Source of the DNA: Rhizophagus irregularis | Taxonomy: Eukaryota | Length of the DNA stretch: 64,000 nt | Assembly: GCF_026210795.1 (NCBI RefSeq) | Contig: NC_089434.1 | Span: 5,518,001 to 5,582,000 of the forward strand | Direction of reading: 5' to 3' | In this document: positions 1-13,100 of the stretch, in pieces | Position numbering within the stretch: position 1 is the stretch's first letter | Layout: every line of letters begins with the position of its first letter | Made by a program: the position numbers and the translations under genes | The notes under the pieces: generated by a model | What the model was told of the DNA's origin: nothing | The model's database searches: none | What the model saw: the letters and a program-made list of their open reading frames with translations, nothing else

Positions 1-880
1 TCGAAACATTACACTAAATTACGCCTAAACAAATTTCCTGATGTAGTAAATAGTTTGTTTAAATGGTAAAATCAAGGATGCAATATCTTTATGATAGTAG
101 ACCTTCTAAATAAATCTTAGACTGACCATAATTTTTCTGAAATACCAGTTGTATTAGATGGAAACTGGGTTCAATTCTGATTAAATTAAATACTAGTAGC
201 AGTTTTGGTGGTTAATAACTATCTAAGTCTGTACTTTCTTAGTACCTTTTATTCAAATGATCACTTCTATACCACTTGAAGATTTATAACTATATCATCA
301 GTACCTGGCAATTGTAGATTGTAGTAGTCTTTAAGTAAAATCTTATTCTTAAAATAGTGATATAGAAGGATTTCTAAATGATAATCCATTATAACTGATA
401 AAAGTTCTCATATTTAGGTGGCTAAAAAGTGAATTTAATATAAATATTAAGTTATCTTTACTAAAATATAAATAAAAATTAAGTAGGAGGTTTTATTAGA
501 TTTAAGTCTAAACTTATACTTGCATGTAAAAAGGATGGGATGATAGGTAGGTTTGTAAATTAGATTTATTGGTTATAAAGTTCTGTTTATCTGAGGTCTT
601 TCTGAGTATTTTCATCTGCTAACAGTTCTAAATCCATATAAATAATTACCTTGGCTTTAAGAAAAATATTACAATTAATTTATTTTTTTACTTAATAGAA
701 GTAAATTAGATATATAGTTAATAGTATTGTAATTTTCAAATTATATGGAAAGAGTATTATTTAATAGTATAATTCAAAATAATTAATTTTGCAAATAAAG
801 AAATTATTATATTTTTTATTATATATAAAATCTTATATTATTTTAATAAAAACCTATTGTCTTTAACTAATCATTAATAA
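1..880. repeat. AT-rich, CpG-poor decayed repeat/TE remnant
   Basis: Almost no CG dinucleotides after ~30 and no ORFs; CpG-containing sequence resumes abruptly near 890. Confidence 0.4.
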
Positions 881-3299
881 TAATATGTAAGTTTGATCGT
901 CACCTCGTGATTAAGCCGAATTTTGATCACGTGATAGAGTATTAAAAGTAAATTGACCAGACTTGATCGGATATTAAGAATTCAAGTACGTTATCCCAGA
1001 AAAGATTAATAATTTCTTAATTAAGCCGTATAGTATTATGTTTTATATAATTTAGGTTGTAAAACTACAAATCTGGGTTCTTAACGTGTAATAAACTATG
1101 TGATAAAAAAGAATTTGACAAATAATTTATTATAATCTTCTAAAAGATAGAGAAAAATTTAGGTGATTTATTAATAATAAAGTAAACTGTGAAATTAGAG
1201 CATTTAGCTAACAAATATTGATATGAGTTAAGACGTAATGTTATAGTTAATGCTCGCTAAATGATATGGGATAAATTTTTTAATCTCAAATAGTCCAATA
1301 TCGTCTAATATCGTGGAAATAATTAGATTTAGAAATATAATCTAATAATTTATAATTTTAGAAATATAATTTAATATAAAAACGTAGTAAATCAAATTAC
1401 AATTTACTACAGGAAAATGATGATTCAAAAGAGTTTTTTTTATAGAGTGCGATAAAAAATTATTCCCTCTTGAGGTCTTTTTTCAAGAAATTTTGCACGT
1501 CCCAATAAAAAATGGGTTTAGAAATTATCAAACGACATGTTTGGTAATTTCGTCGATATATTATAGTACGAAAATTTTTATTTAAAAAAAGTGAATTGGT
1601 GTTTGAGATTCATTTTTAAATATTTTGAAAAAAGAATTATTTTTTTTCTGGAGCTTTTCTACGGGGTCTATTTATAATGTAGGCGAGTCGGTTCATTTTA
1701 ATTGTTTATATGACATGTTTAGAAGTTTAATATTCAAATTTAGCTTAAGAGGAAATACAAATAAACTAAATTAAGCTTTGTCCAATAGTTGATAAAGCTT
1801 TGATTCACACGTAAAGACAATGTTAAAAATATGTGCGCCCGTAAAGACAATGGTAAAATAAATGCGCCCGCCCATTTATGTTACGCGCATGATATCATGT
1901 TGAACGAGGAAAAAAAAAATTTTTTTTTTCTTTTTTTCTTTGTTCTAAATCCACTAACGAATGAGGATGATACAAAAATAAATTTCCTTATCGGAAGATC
2001 AAGATTCAAGATTCAAGATAATTTTTTATGTTTATGAGATCATATTAAATGCTACAATGTTTGAACCAAATTTTGCGATAGTTAGAATTCACGTTATATT
2101 AGGATTCGCTATCAAATTCACGATAGTGCCGATTGGCAATTAGGAAAATTTGATCCTACCAAAAACTATAATTAAACCCATTCTTAATGCAGCATCATAT
2201 TTAATACTTGGATCTTCTGATATATATACCTAATAATACATTTATCCCATCTTAAATCTTTCTTTCAATTTGAGCGTCCTCATTCAGGGAGTATAGCGAT
2301 TCGATAGATGTGTGCTATATGCATAATATTTTTTGAGAATTTGTTTACCCCAATCTTATTATGAAATTTCTTTGACAAGCCTAATTAATTGATGCGCGTC
2401 ATACAATTTATACAACATATGTATTATAATCAAGTTATTGCACAAAAAAAGCCAAAAACTGGATTTAGTAAACAATGAGCAAACATAAAAAGAAATGCAA
2501 CATCCGGATTAAAGTTTTAAATTAATACGCTGAAATCAAATAAGTCCAATTAGAGTATATCTAAGCGTATAAATAATACAATATGTGATTTAATCAATGG
2601 TATTAAATAGCATAAATTATTAAATTCAAAAAAAAAAATAATAATAATTTTGGTAGTTTATTAATCAAAATTTATTTGAGCCAAAATACTAAAGAATTAC
2701 TATGTTACTTTGTAAATTTAGCATTGAATTAATTGCAAATAAAATTTTGCCACAACAAAACCATTGCAAAATTTAAATTCTTTTAACTAAGAGGATACAA
2801 GTTGAATTTCGCGCAAATCGGACTAGTGATGGATGCGTGGACAAACAAGATAAGAAAATGCCGAGTAAGTTTAAATGCAATACAATGATAAGATTATATG
2901 CTCCAGTTATAAGTCCTATAGAATCTTAGGTAAGAATTTGGCAATTATTTCTCGGCGCCCATGGGCCATGGTCTTTATTGGAATGAGGGTTCCAAAAAAT
3001 GTATTTATAAATAAATTATTAATAAGTAAAGGAATCTTAAAGTAATATAATAACGATACTATAAATAATACTAATCACTGGCCAGGTCAATTTCACTAAT
3101 TGTACTAATTGTAGAAATAAATAATGTTATGATGAGGGTAAGAGCTACCAAACAGGAATATTCTGATGAATTATAACCTGAATAGCCGAAAATTTATTAT
3201 ATTTTTTATCATAAAATTAATTATAAAATTATTAAATATTTACTTAATATTAATAACGAACTGCCTCATTTTTTTTAAAAAATTTTTTGAATTTTTAAA

Positions 3300-4880
3300 T
3301 TTTTTTTATTAATTGAATTTGCGGTTCTGCTATTTCTGCTAGATTGGCGTTATTACTTCCGCCAATGTATTGGAATATTTCCCCATCACAAGTGTCAACC
3401 GCCCCTTGAGCACTCTCCCTATTTCACATACAACTGCCTAACCGCTTCTTCGTTAAGATTACCGAAAATATTTTGTCTATAGTAATCAATTTCTTCCCAA
3501 GATCATACCAGATTGGCCAGATTGATTAGATTGATATCAGATTGGTCATACGCGGGTGACACGAATAAACCTTTCAGAATAAACGAAAATCTCAAAACGA
3601 TATCAAAAAGATCCTTCCTCTACAACAAAGCCAAAGTTGTCAAGATTGAAGAAATGATTGAATGGTGATATAACAATTTGATCAACCATCAAAACCAATT
3701 AAGGCGCTAAAATTACGCTATAAAATTTGTGTTGATAAAAATTTTGTGATGCAGTAGCCACCTAAATCATTGTTGCATATTTATAGAATCCTTCACCCAA
3801 CATAATACTGAAATAAAACAATTTTTACTTAGTTGCTGATCTGGGGTTTTTAAAAAATGTTTTTCTTTGAAAAAAAAAAGGAATTTTGCTTACATAGATA
3901 CAATTCAATCAATTCAATTCTTTGAAATTCTGGCTAAATTTAATTTAAAATAATGAATTAATATTTTTTGAATGTGATCGAATATTATAATTTAAATATT
4001 AATATAGCACATATTCACTGAATAATTAACATTTACATGACAGTTCAGACAATCTCGGCAGCTCCATTTAATACGGCCAAGACACCCTTCCACATCAAAT
4101 GCAGGGATATCCTTTCCAATGCATTATATCATGGCAATGATAATAGATTCTGGCTTCCATGCAAAATATTTGGGAAGCTGAGCGTTCAGGCGGTTCGCGA
4201 AAAGGTCTATCCTGAATTCCCCACAGACGATTGAGGTATTGAAAATAATTGGATTCGGTTTCCAATTGTTTCGATCTACCCTTGTCCGAAATGCTTGGCG
4301 TTCAAGATTCCTGGAACATGTTCCGCTTGTAGTTGAAGTTTGAACAATAATACTAAAACGGGAGTGGTCTTGAAAGTACGAACCCAGAGTTTAAAATTTT
4401 CGGATGGATCTCTAACTATGGGAGATTTCAGGAGATGATTTGGAAGAAAATTCCTCTTGATAAAAATTTGATCTATATCCTCCATAATCAAAAATAGGTT
4501 TATGAAAACTCAAATTATTTTCTGCTAAAACGACAACATTCCACATCCGAACAATTAAATTCTCTTTATTTAATTATACCCTAAAAAGTAAATATTGAAT
4601 TTTAATTTAATAAATGATTAAAATTCTATGTTCTACTTAAATTATAAAAAAAAAATTTATCTGTGACATACTATGCGATCTTTACACTGCATTATATCTT
4701 TATGATACACTTCAATATGATACATTCTGAGGAAGGCTAAAAATTATTTAGAGTTTGAAGATAAATAACATAAAAAGCTAAACAAACGATATACCTGTGC
4801 CCAAAATTTAGTCGGCAATCGTTCTTATTGAATAATTTGTTGTATGTGTTCTTTGAGTAAATGGTCGATCTCTTCTTTTA
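3300..4880 (-). pseudogene. Probable decayed F-box-like gene
   Basis: Minus-strand fragments IDHLLKEHIQQIIQ (F-box-like start), FWAQV and KPIFDY, plus ORF fragment 4276-4491; many stops and frameshifts. Confidence 0.3.
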
Positions 4881-5470
4881 CTTTTAGTAATTTATTCCTT
4901 GAAAACATGAAAACAGCGATAATAAAAACAACCGATACTGACAAAAACAGTGGTTTTGTAGTAAGTTGTATGAAGCATGAATTTCAAGAAGTAAACTAAT
5001 ATCTAAGAATGGACGAGATTATTGAATAAAACAAATTTAAAACGCGTAAAACGCAACAGCTGCACCCACAGGCGGCTACAGAAACTACAGTATATTATAA
5101 TTTAACTCTCAGAAGAAAGTCTTAATTTAAAGGAAAGTATAATCGTATGATCGGGAACACGCAAGTGGCCTTTGATATAGATTTATTATGAAATTAAAGG
5201 TCAAAAATAATCATCGCAGCATTATTTTGGATTTTTGGACATATTACCATTCTGTACATTCTGTAGAGATGATCCGTGGATAATCTTTTAAAAGAATGCA
5301 CCTAGTAACACAATGAAATTTTTGCTTAAAAAAATTTTTTATAATTTACGAAAACGCAAGAAAAATAAATAAAAAAGTAAGAAGGAATATCTCAAATAAT
5401 TTTTCGGAGGCCAAATTTGACTTTAAAATATATTATATTTTCGTGTACGGAATTTTTTAAAACTTTACTG

Positions 5471-7980
5471 CAACACTTTAAAAGTTTGGATTTTGGGAAC
5501 GGACTTTTAGGTAAAGGTAAATAAGGGGAGGAGTTATTAAGTTTGATAATTCTAATTAATATTTTTTATTTTTGCCTTTATTTAATAGGATAATACGTGT
5601 TATCCGTATTACTGTGCCATACATGGATAACATAGATACAGATATCCGTTCAATTTTTTCTTTAACCAGACTTAATTTTACATGGATATTGAATTTAGAT
5701 TATAGATATATATCTATGAATAACTTGGATATACGGATCTAAACTCTACTCTTTTAAGACCTGGTTGTATGTAATTCCCAATTTTTAGTTCATATCATCT
5801 TAGAGGATTGGCCTATACTGGGAACTTTCGCAAATGATACTAGGAAAAAAGAACAATCCTTTATTTCAGATGCAGCACTATTCATATGATGGTAGCTTTC
5901 TGATAGATATGCTATGATTTTGATGAGGGCTAGTAATATTGTCAAGGCCCAACTACAACTCATTTGTTATTTAAGAAAATAGGAATAGATCAAATTTACC
6001 TCTTCTTTCTCCGCACCTTCACCATTCCTTTTTTTTTCTACCCCTTCCTTTACTTTCATCACTCCATCGATCAAGATAATATTTTATTTAATTCACATAC
6101 CAAAAACGCATCGAAACTATTAAAGGCTATAGAAAAGGGGGAGGGGAATAAAGAAAATGCAAAACCTTAAATACAATGCGTACTTTCTCAAAAATTTCAA
6201 AGGAAACAATAGAGAATATGAAGCGCAGGCTTTAGAGATAACAACACTTTGAAGTTTGGATTCTGGGAAAGGACTTTTAGGTAAATAGGGAAGGAGTTAT
6301 TTTTAAGATTGATAATACTTTTAATATTTTTTTATTTTTGCTTTTAGAAGCTGAAGCGACTTGGATAATACGTGTTATCCGTATTACTGTGCTATACATG
6401 GATAACATGGATACAAAATATCCGTTCGATTTTTTCTTTAACCAGGCTTAATTTATACATGGATTACGGATATTGAATTTAGATTATGATGGATACATGT
6501 CTATGAATAACTTGGATATACGGATCTAAACCCTACTTTTTTAAGACCTGATTGTATGTAATTCCCAATTTTTAATCCGTTTCATAATAGAGGATGGCCT
6601 ATACTGGGAGCTTCCGCAAATGATACTAGGAAAAAAGATATTTCAGATGATGGTAGCTTTCTGATAGATATGCTATGATTTCGATGGTTGAGGGCTGGTA
6701 ATATTGCCAAGGCTTAACCACAACTAATTCTCTGTATTCTTTCGCTGTGTGAATGTTTACTTCTAACCAGATTCCATTTATATCAGATAAGCCCATTTGT
6801 TATTTTAAGAAAATAGGAATAGGTCAAATTTACCTCTTCTTTCTCTGCACCTTCGCCTTTGTTATTCCTTTTTTTTCTACCCCTTCCTTTACTTTTATCA
6901 CTCCATTCTTTGCCCTTCGATCAAGATAATATTTTATTTAATTCACATACCAAAAACACATCGAAACTATTAAAGGCTATAGAAAAGGGGGAGAGGAATA
7001 ATTCATAACATATAGAAAATGCAAAACCTTAATAACGCTTAATTACGATACGTACTTTCTCAAAAACTTCAAAGGAGACAATAGAGAATATGAAGCGCAG
7101 GGTTTAGAGATAAGATAGAATTGCAGTTTGGATTTTGGGAACGGACTTTTAGGTAAATAGAGGAGGAGTTATTTTTAAGATTGAAAATACTATTTAATAT
7201 TTTTTTTATTTTTGCTTTTAGAAACTGGAGCGACTTGGATAATACGTGTTATCCGTATTACCGTGTTATACATGGATGATATGGATACAGAATATCCGTT
7301 CAATTTTTTCTTTAACCAGACTTAATTTTTACATGGATATTGAATTTAAGATTATGGATACATGTCTATGAATAACTTGGATATACGGACCTAAAATCTA
7401 CTCTTTTAAGACCTGATTATATGTAATTCCCAATTTTTAGTCCATTTCATCTTAGAGGATGGCCTATACTGGAAGCTTGGAAGCTTCCGCAAATGATACT
7501 AGGAAAAAAGAACAATCCTTTATTTCAGATGTAGTACTATGCATAGATAGTAGCCTTCTGATAGATATGCTATGATTTCGACGGCTGAAGGCTGGTAATA
7601 CTGTTAATCTTGTCAAAGCCCAACCACAACTAATTCTCTGTATTCTTTCACTGTGTGAATGTTTACTTCTAACCAGATTCCATTTATATCAGATAAGCCC
7701 ATTTGTTATTTTAAGAAAATAGGAATAGGTCAAATTTACCTCTTCTTTCTCTGCCCTTCACCTTTGTCATCTCTTTTTTTTCTACCCCTTCCTTTACTTT
7801 CACCACTCCATTCTTTGCCCTTCGATCAAGATAATATTTTATTTAATTCACATACCAAAAACACATCGAAGCTATTAAAAGCTATAGAAAGGGGGGAGGA
7901 TAGTTCATAACATATTAAAGAAAATGCAAACCCTTAAGAACGCTTAATTACGACGCGTACTTTCTCAAAATCATCAAAGG
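5471..7980. repeat. Tandem triplication of a ~770-880 bp unit
   Basis: Units start near 5471, 6242 and 7123 with GTTTGGATTTTGGGAACGGACTTTTAGGTAAA and share internal blocks such as TTCGATCAAGATAATATTTTATTTAATTCACATACC; they differ by indels. Confidence 0.92.
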
Positions 7981-8092
7981 GTCTGCTTCACGTTTATATT
8001 GGAGTTCATGCAAATAGTAGTTTATGTCAAAAATTCAAGACGTGAAATATATATTTTTTTATTCATTTATTTTTTTTTTTTAAAAAAAGAAA

Positions 8093-8960
8093 AATGGATG
8101 GTATTTTAAAGTCCGCCACCGCATCGCTTGGTAAGAAATGGCACTAACATTTAAAAAATGATGTATATTATTATATTTAATTTATTTATCTATTTACTTA
8201 TTTTAAAAAAAAGTAATTTATTAATAAACATGGATTGTTCTTTTTTTGGATACTGATGCAGTTATTTTTAACCTAATGTAACCCAATGTAATCCGATGAG
8301 CCACCAGATCGTTACGAAATACCTTCAGGAAAATGATCATGGCGCTTAAGGAGAATAAAGCCAACGAAGCTATTGAACTTCGATCAGCGTTCATAGGATT
8401 TTTCGATTTACAATGAAAAAGATTAGTAGAATTCTTGATGGCAGAGGCGACACGATCTAGCAGAATATACGTTCACAAAAGCGCTGGTTGCCTTTAACCT
8501 GAAAATTTTTTACAAAAGTCTATACTGTGGATTGCATGCAACGTTACCACTTTCGTAGGAAAAATATAAAGTCACAGGAATATCAAGTGTTACCCGAAAT
8601 GATGAAGATAAAAGAAAATGTTAAACCATATCATTATTATCTTTAATCGTAGATCTGAGTGAGAAGAGGATGCGTGTTAAAAGGCAACCAAAAATATGGA
8701 GGAGATTACTTTTTAGCAAGGAATATGAATAGGACAAATTGCGTACTAGTGGATTAAATGAGGATGAAATTTTGAGTGTTCTTAATGGAAGTTTATACCA
8801 TATATTATTTTTCTTCCGAAATCATTATAATAAAAAATGAAATAATCTTGACCCTGTATTATTGGGAAAGATTAGGAATTTAAATTAAAAGTTTTATGAA
8901 TATAACTTATTAGAAATGCAGAATAATAACATATGAAGAAATTGAATAAAAGACAGGTAG
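8093..8960 (+). pseudogene. Possible decayed spliced gene of unknown family
   Basis: ATGGATGG...CTTG|GTAAGA first-exon-like segment (MDGILKSATASL) followed by coding-like fragments (KMIMALKENKANEAIELRSAF; LNEDEILSVLNGSLY) interrupted by stops. Confidence 0.25.
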
Positions 8961-9270
8961 ACAAGATGGTGACCTTTACTCTTCAGAATCTGTCCGTCAT
9001 GTTGGAGAGCTAAAAATAAATAGCTAAGGATATTGTATAGATTTTCGCACATGCGTTATTGAACTCATTCAATCACGTAATCGGATCTTTATTTCCGCCA
9101 TAAAATGTCGGTACAGGAACAGCCTGCATTAAGTTAACATTTTAGAATATAACATTAGAAATGCAGAATAATAACATATGAAGAAATTGAATAAAAGACA
9201 AGTAGACAAGATGATGACCTTTACTCGTCAGAATCCGTCCGTTATAAATAAATAGCTAGGGATATTGTTA
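8909..9270. repeat. Direct duplication of ~100-130 bp
   Basis: ATTAGAAATGCAGAATAATAACATATGAAGAAATTGAATAAAAGACA...GACCTTTACTC occurs at ~8909 and ~9154. Confidence 0.85.
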
Positions 9271-9624
9271 TTACACAAGTTTGGACTAAAGTATGGCGCA
9301 ACTTTCAATCGAAAGAGAAGTTAAGAATTCTAGGCGCAGTATAACTATTGGAAAAAGAAATTTAACAATTTAATTTTTAGTAAGAATGTCGTGTAATTTT
9401 TTTAAAAAATAATGTGGATTAGATTTTCAAAAAATTTGAATTTTACATCTATAATTATAATTTTTATACAGAAAAGTTATTAATGTGACAACAATCTCAT
9501 TCAACAATTTATGATATACATGGTCACCTCTGAACGGTACATTTATAAGAATAATTTCCTTTAGAAAGTATAATTATTAGTACTGTAATTATTTAATTGG
9601 AATTTACTTTTATTTAATATTTTT

Positions 9625-9950
9625 AATAGATAAATAACGTATCATCTATAAAGAGTAGATATTGTGTTATATTGAGTATATTAAGTATCTCGAGCATAAG
9701 TATTTTTACTATTCTGATTTAAAATATTTTTATTTAAACAAAATGAATTTACTTCTATCTAATACTTCTAATTAAAATAAATAACGTAAAGAGTATAATG
9801 AGTATCTTGAGCTTAAGTATTTTTACTATTCTGACTTAAAATATTTTTATTTAAACAAAATGAATTTACTTCTATCTAATACTTTATAAAAATCATAATT
9901 AAATAAAGAATGTGACATCTAAAAAGGGTATATGAGTATCTAGTCTAAGT
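9625..9950. repeat. Degenerate tandem repeat, ~120-bp unit
   Basis: AAGTATTTTTACTATTCTGA...AAAATGAATTTACTTCTATCTAATACTT is repeated at ~9700 and ~9815, with a partial third unit. Confidence 0.8.
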
Positions 9951-10420
9951 TTAAGGGCATTGAAACACGACCCGCTGATCCCATGGTTTCAGCTTCGTAT
10001 AAACCTCCTTGTATGCTAAGGTCATCATTTTTGATAAAGTCGAATAAATCGTATCTGCTTCTTTTTTCCACATTTGTGATAAAGTTTTAGAATTTTCTTT
10101 ATTACAAATGAATGACCTTTGCAAGGCTCGAATGCTAAAGGTCTTTTGATAAAGCAGAATAAATCGTATCTGTTTCTTTTTTCCACATTTGTGATAAAGT
10201 TTTAGAATTTTCATTATCACAAATGAATGACCTTTGCAAGGCTCGAATTCTAAAGGTCTTTTGATAAAGCCGAATAAATCGTATCTGCTTCTTTTTTCTA
10301 CATTTGTGATAAAGTTTTAGAATTTTCTTTATCACAAATGAATGACCTTTTGCACATGTATAAAGGACAGTGCAACCGCCTGTTGGTTCTAGATTTTTAC
10401 TGACGGGACTCTTTAATTTT
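9951..10420 (-). pseudogene. HMG-box-like remnant disrupted by a 115-bp tandem triplication
   Basis: SKTLSQMWKKEADTIYSTLSKMMTLAYKEVY resembles HMG helices 2-3; unit start GATAAAG at 10033, 10148 and 10263 (115 bp, frame-breaking). Confidence 0.4.
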
Positions 10421-11539
10421 TAAGATTGAGGCATTTGTAAATTAATGATTTTTATAAAATATTCATTCAAGAAGAATGAATCAATAATTGTTATTATAAA
10501 AATATTCATTTAAGAATAATGAATCAATGAAATAATAATTTTTGTTAAAAAGATAATTAATTATTTGTGAAAAATTAATTAATTGAAGGGATATTTTTTG
10601 ATATTTAATCTTTTAATAAAAAATAAATTCAAATAAAAGGCTTCAAATCATCGTCATTTTATAGATGTTTTTCGAATTAGTAACAGTTAGTAAAATAGAA
10701 TTTTTTTGTTCTCCATATTTTTTTTTTAATAAATTAAATGATTGGTAAAATAATAAAAAAAGTAAAGTTTCAACATAAGTATTTTAAAATTAGAAATTTA
10801 ACCTACAAATTTTTTTTTTGTAACGCATTGGTTAATGTTTCAACTTGAACCGCATTGATTAATTAATGTTTCAATTGTAAACTTGGTAGAACAATATTTG
10901 TTAATTATTTGGCTGACAAAGAATGGTTGAAGCAATGAAACACCATTTTTTTTATTTGGCTGACAAAAAGAGTGGTTGGAGCCACTAATGAAACACCATT
11001 TAAACGTTTTGAAAAAATAATGTTAGAGAATTAATTTAATAAAATAAATTGAAAATGTACAAATCTATTATTGAAGTGAATTCATAGGTTACGATCTAAA
11101 TTTCTTTTGATATTCGCTTTAAAGTTAATTGTTAATATGTTAATTCTTATATTTAATCTTAAAAATCGCACGAATTTTGCGTATATATTTTAATTATACT
11201 GTGAAATTTCTTTGTGATTTGATTGGACCAGATTTATTAAAAAGTCAAATTATATTTGTTTCGCGACTAAAAATAAATCGAAAAAAATCGGATTGAAATT
11301 CAAATTTGGATTGAATGGCACAATTTGAAACAAATCAAGACCAAATGATTTACAAATTTGGGAACAACGGTGTGTGTAACATATATTAGGAACGCGCTAC
11401 GATTTTATAATTAAAATATATTTGAACTTATAAATATTATTGTAATTAAAAAAAAATTGATTGTTTATTATTAAGAACAATATTTAAAATATATTAAAAT
11501 AGACTTTTAATTCTTCACTATAAAAAATTTTATCCGTTA

Positions 11540-11684
11540 TTTCTGTAAAAAATTCCGTAAAAATGAACCTTTCACGGAACCATTCGAGGAAAATGTAAAT
11601 AATTCGATAAATTCCGGGATATAAGGAGCCTTTTACGGAAAAAAGACGGAATATTAAAAAACGGATCGACTTTTTTTTACAGGG
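11540..11684. mobile_element. Degenerate CCC..GGG-type MITE
   Basis: Left TTCTGTAAAAAA and right TTTTTTTTACAGGG form imperfect inverted ends; internal TTCCG/CGGAA motifs. Confidence 0.4.
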
Positions 11685-12885
11685 CTTGTGTAATAAATAT
11701 AATATTTATAAAAGTCATATATAAATTATTTGAATATGACTGAAAAAAAAAAAGATAGAATTGGCGATCGGAAATGCCGAAATGCTAAATCCGTTAACGA
11801 ATTAAACTTCATTCTAAACTAAAAAAGGAGTTCTATGATGAATTAGATATTGACATCTTTGTGAAACGCATGCAGTTCTTTAGTGTTTCATGATAAAAAT
11901 AAAATTTTTTTTAATTATTCCATTTTGTTAAAAAAATTCTCATCAAACTTCTTTTGTTTTGCTTTTTCAGTAAGTCTTTACTTAATTTATAGAATTCATA
12001 TATTTTATATTTTGTGTAATATATAAATATATAAATATATTATTAACAAAGATTTCAACTTGATAACGCGCATAAATTATTTTTTAATTTTATACAAACG
12101 AATCACATAAAATGAATAAATTAAAAAAAATTCGTTAGAATCTTCTAAATGTAACAATTAAAAATTCTATTTTATAAAATAATTTATATTGTAATATAAT
12201 TAAATAATACTATCATCGCGAGGATGGATACAGTATATGTTAAAAACAATATTAAAAATTTTATCATGATTATCAACGTTCACTGTTCACATAGATTCTT
12301 CTATTATTATTTCTTTCGGATAAATGTTTCTAATTGATTATTTTAATAATAAGACAATAGTAAACTAATTTAATTAAATTTCTTAATTTAGTTTCATTCA
12401 TATTCCGTCGAAAATCTAAAAATAATAAAAAGATTAATACATTTTTACCGTTCAACATTTGCGATACATTAGTGATTTTGAATATGAAAATAATATTCTG
12501 ATATTTGATTACCCGACTCCTGTATTAAATCTAAAAGAACTTTAATCGTTTTTGGATGCAATTAACATTTTTTTTAGGAATCAATTATACCAATTAATAT
12601 GTAATGCATCAAAACGAAGGACAAAAAAAGAAAATATAAATAGGGTTCACTGTAAATATTGAAGTAAGAAATAAAAATTGTAATATCTTTAATATATTAA
12701 ACCCCTATCTTTTATTTGTCATTTTTAATTTAAAATGAAATCAAAAAATAAGCTTCGGCTATTTTTACTATACTCAATATTTGAAAAACAATCTAAACAA
12801 TCAATTTTATTATTATTTATACAATATATTATTATTATGAAGAAACTGGATCTAACATCTATCTGGCCATCGTGGATTTCTAGTC

Positions 12886-13100
12886 TCGATGAAGATTCTT
12901 CATCATCAACAATAGATACGATGAAGAATATTCATCGTCAACAATAGATAAGATGAAGAATCTTCATCGTCAACAATAGATAAGATGAAGAATCTTCATC
13001 GTCAACAACATCATATACGATGAAGATTCTTCATCGTCAACATTTTACATGATGAAGATTCTTTATCGTCAACAACATCATATACGATGAAGATTCAACA
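12886..13100. repeat. ~31-bp minisatellite with internal palindrome GATGAAGA-x-TCTTCATC
   Basis: About 7 copies of GATGAAGA(A)T(T)CTTCATCGTCAACAA...; fragments encode DEDSSSST in shifting frames. Confidence 0.85.

Noticed and set aside
12886..13100. CRISPR-like palindromic repeats
   Set aside because: Intervening sequences are short and related to each other rather than unique spacers; no cas genes; eukaryotic context.
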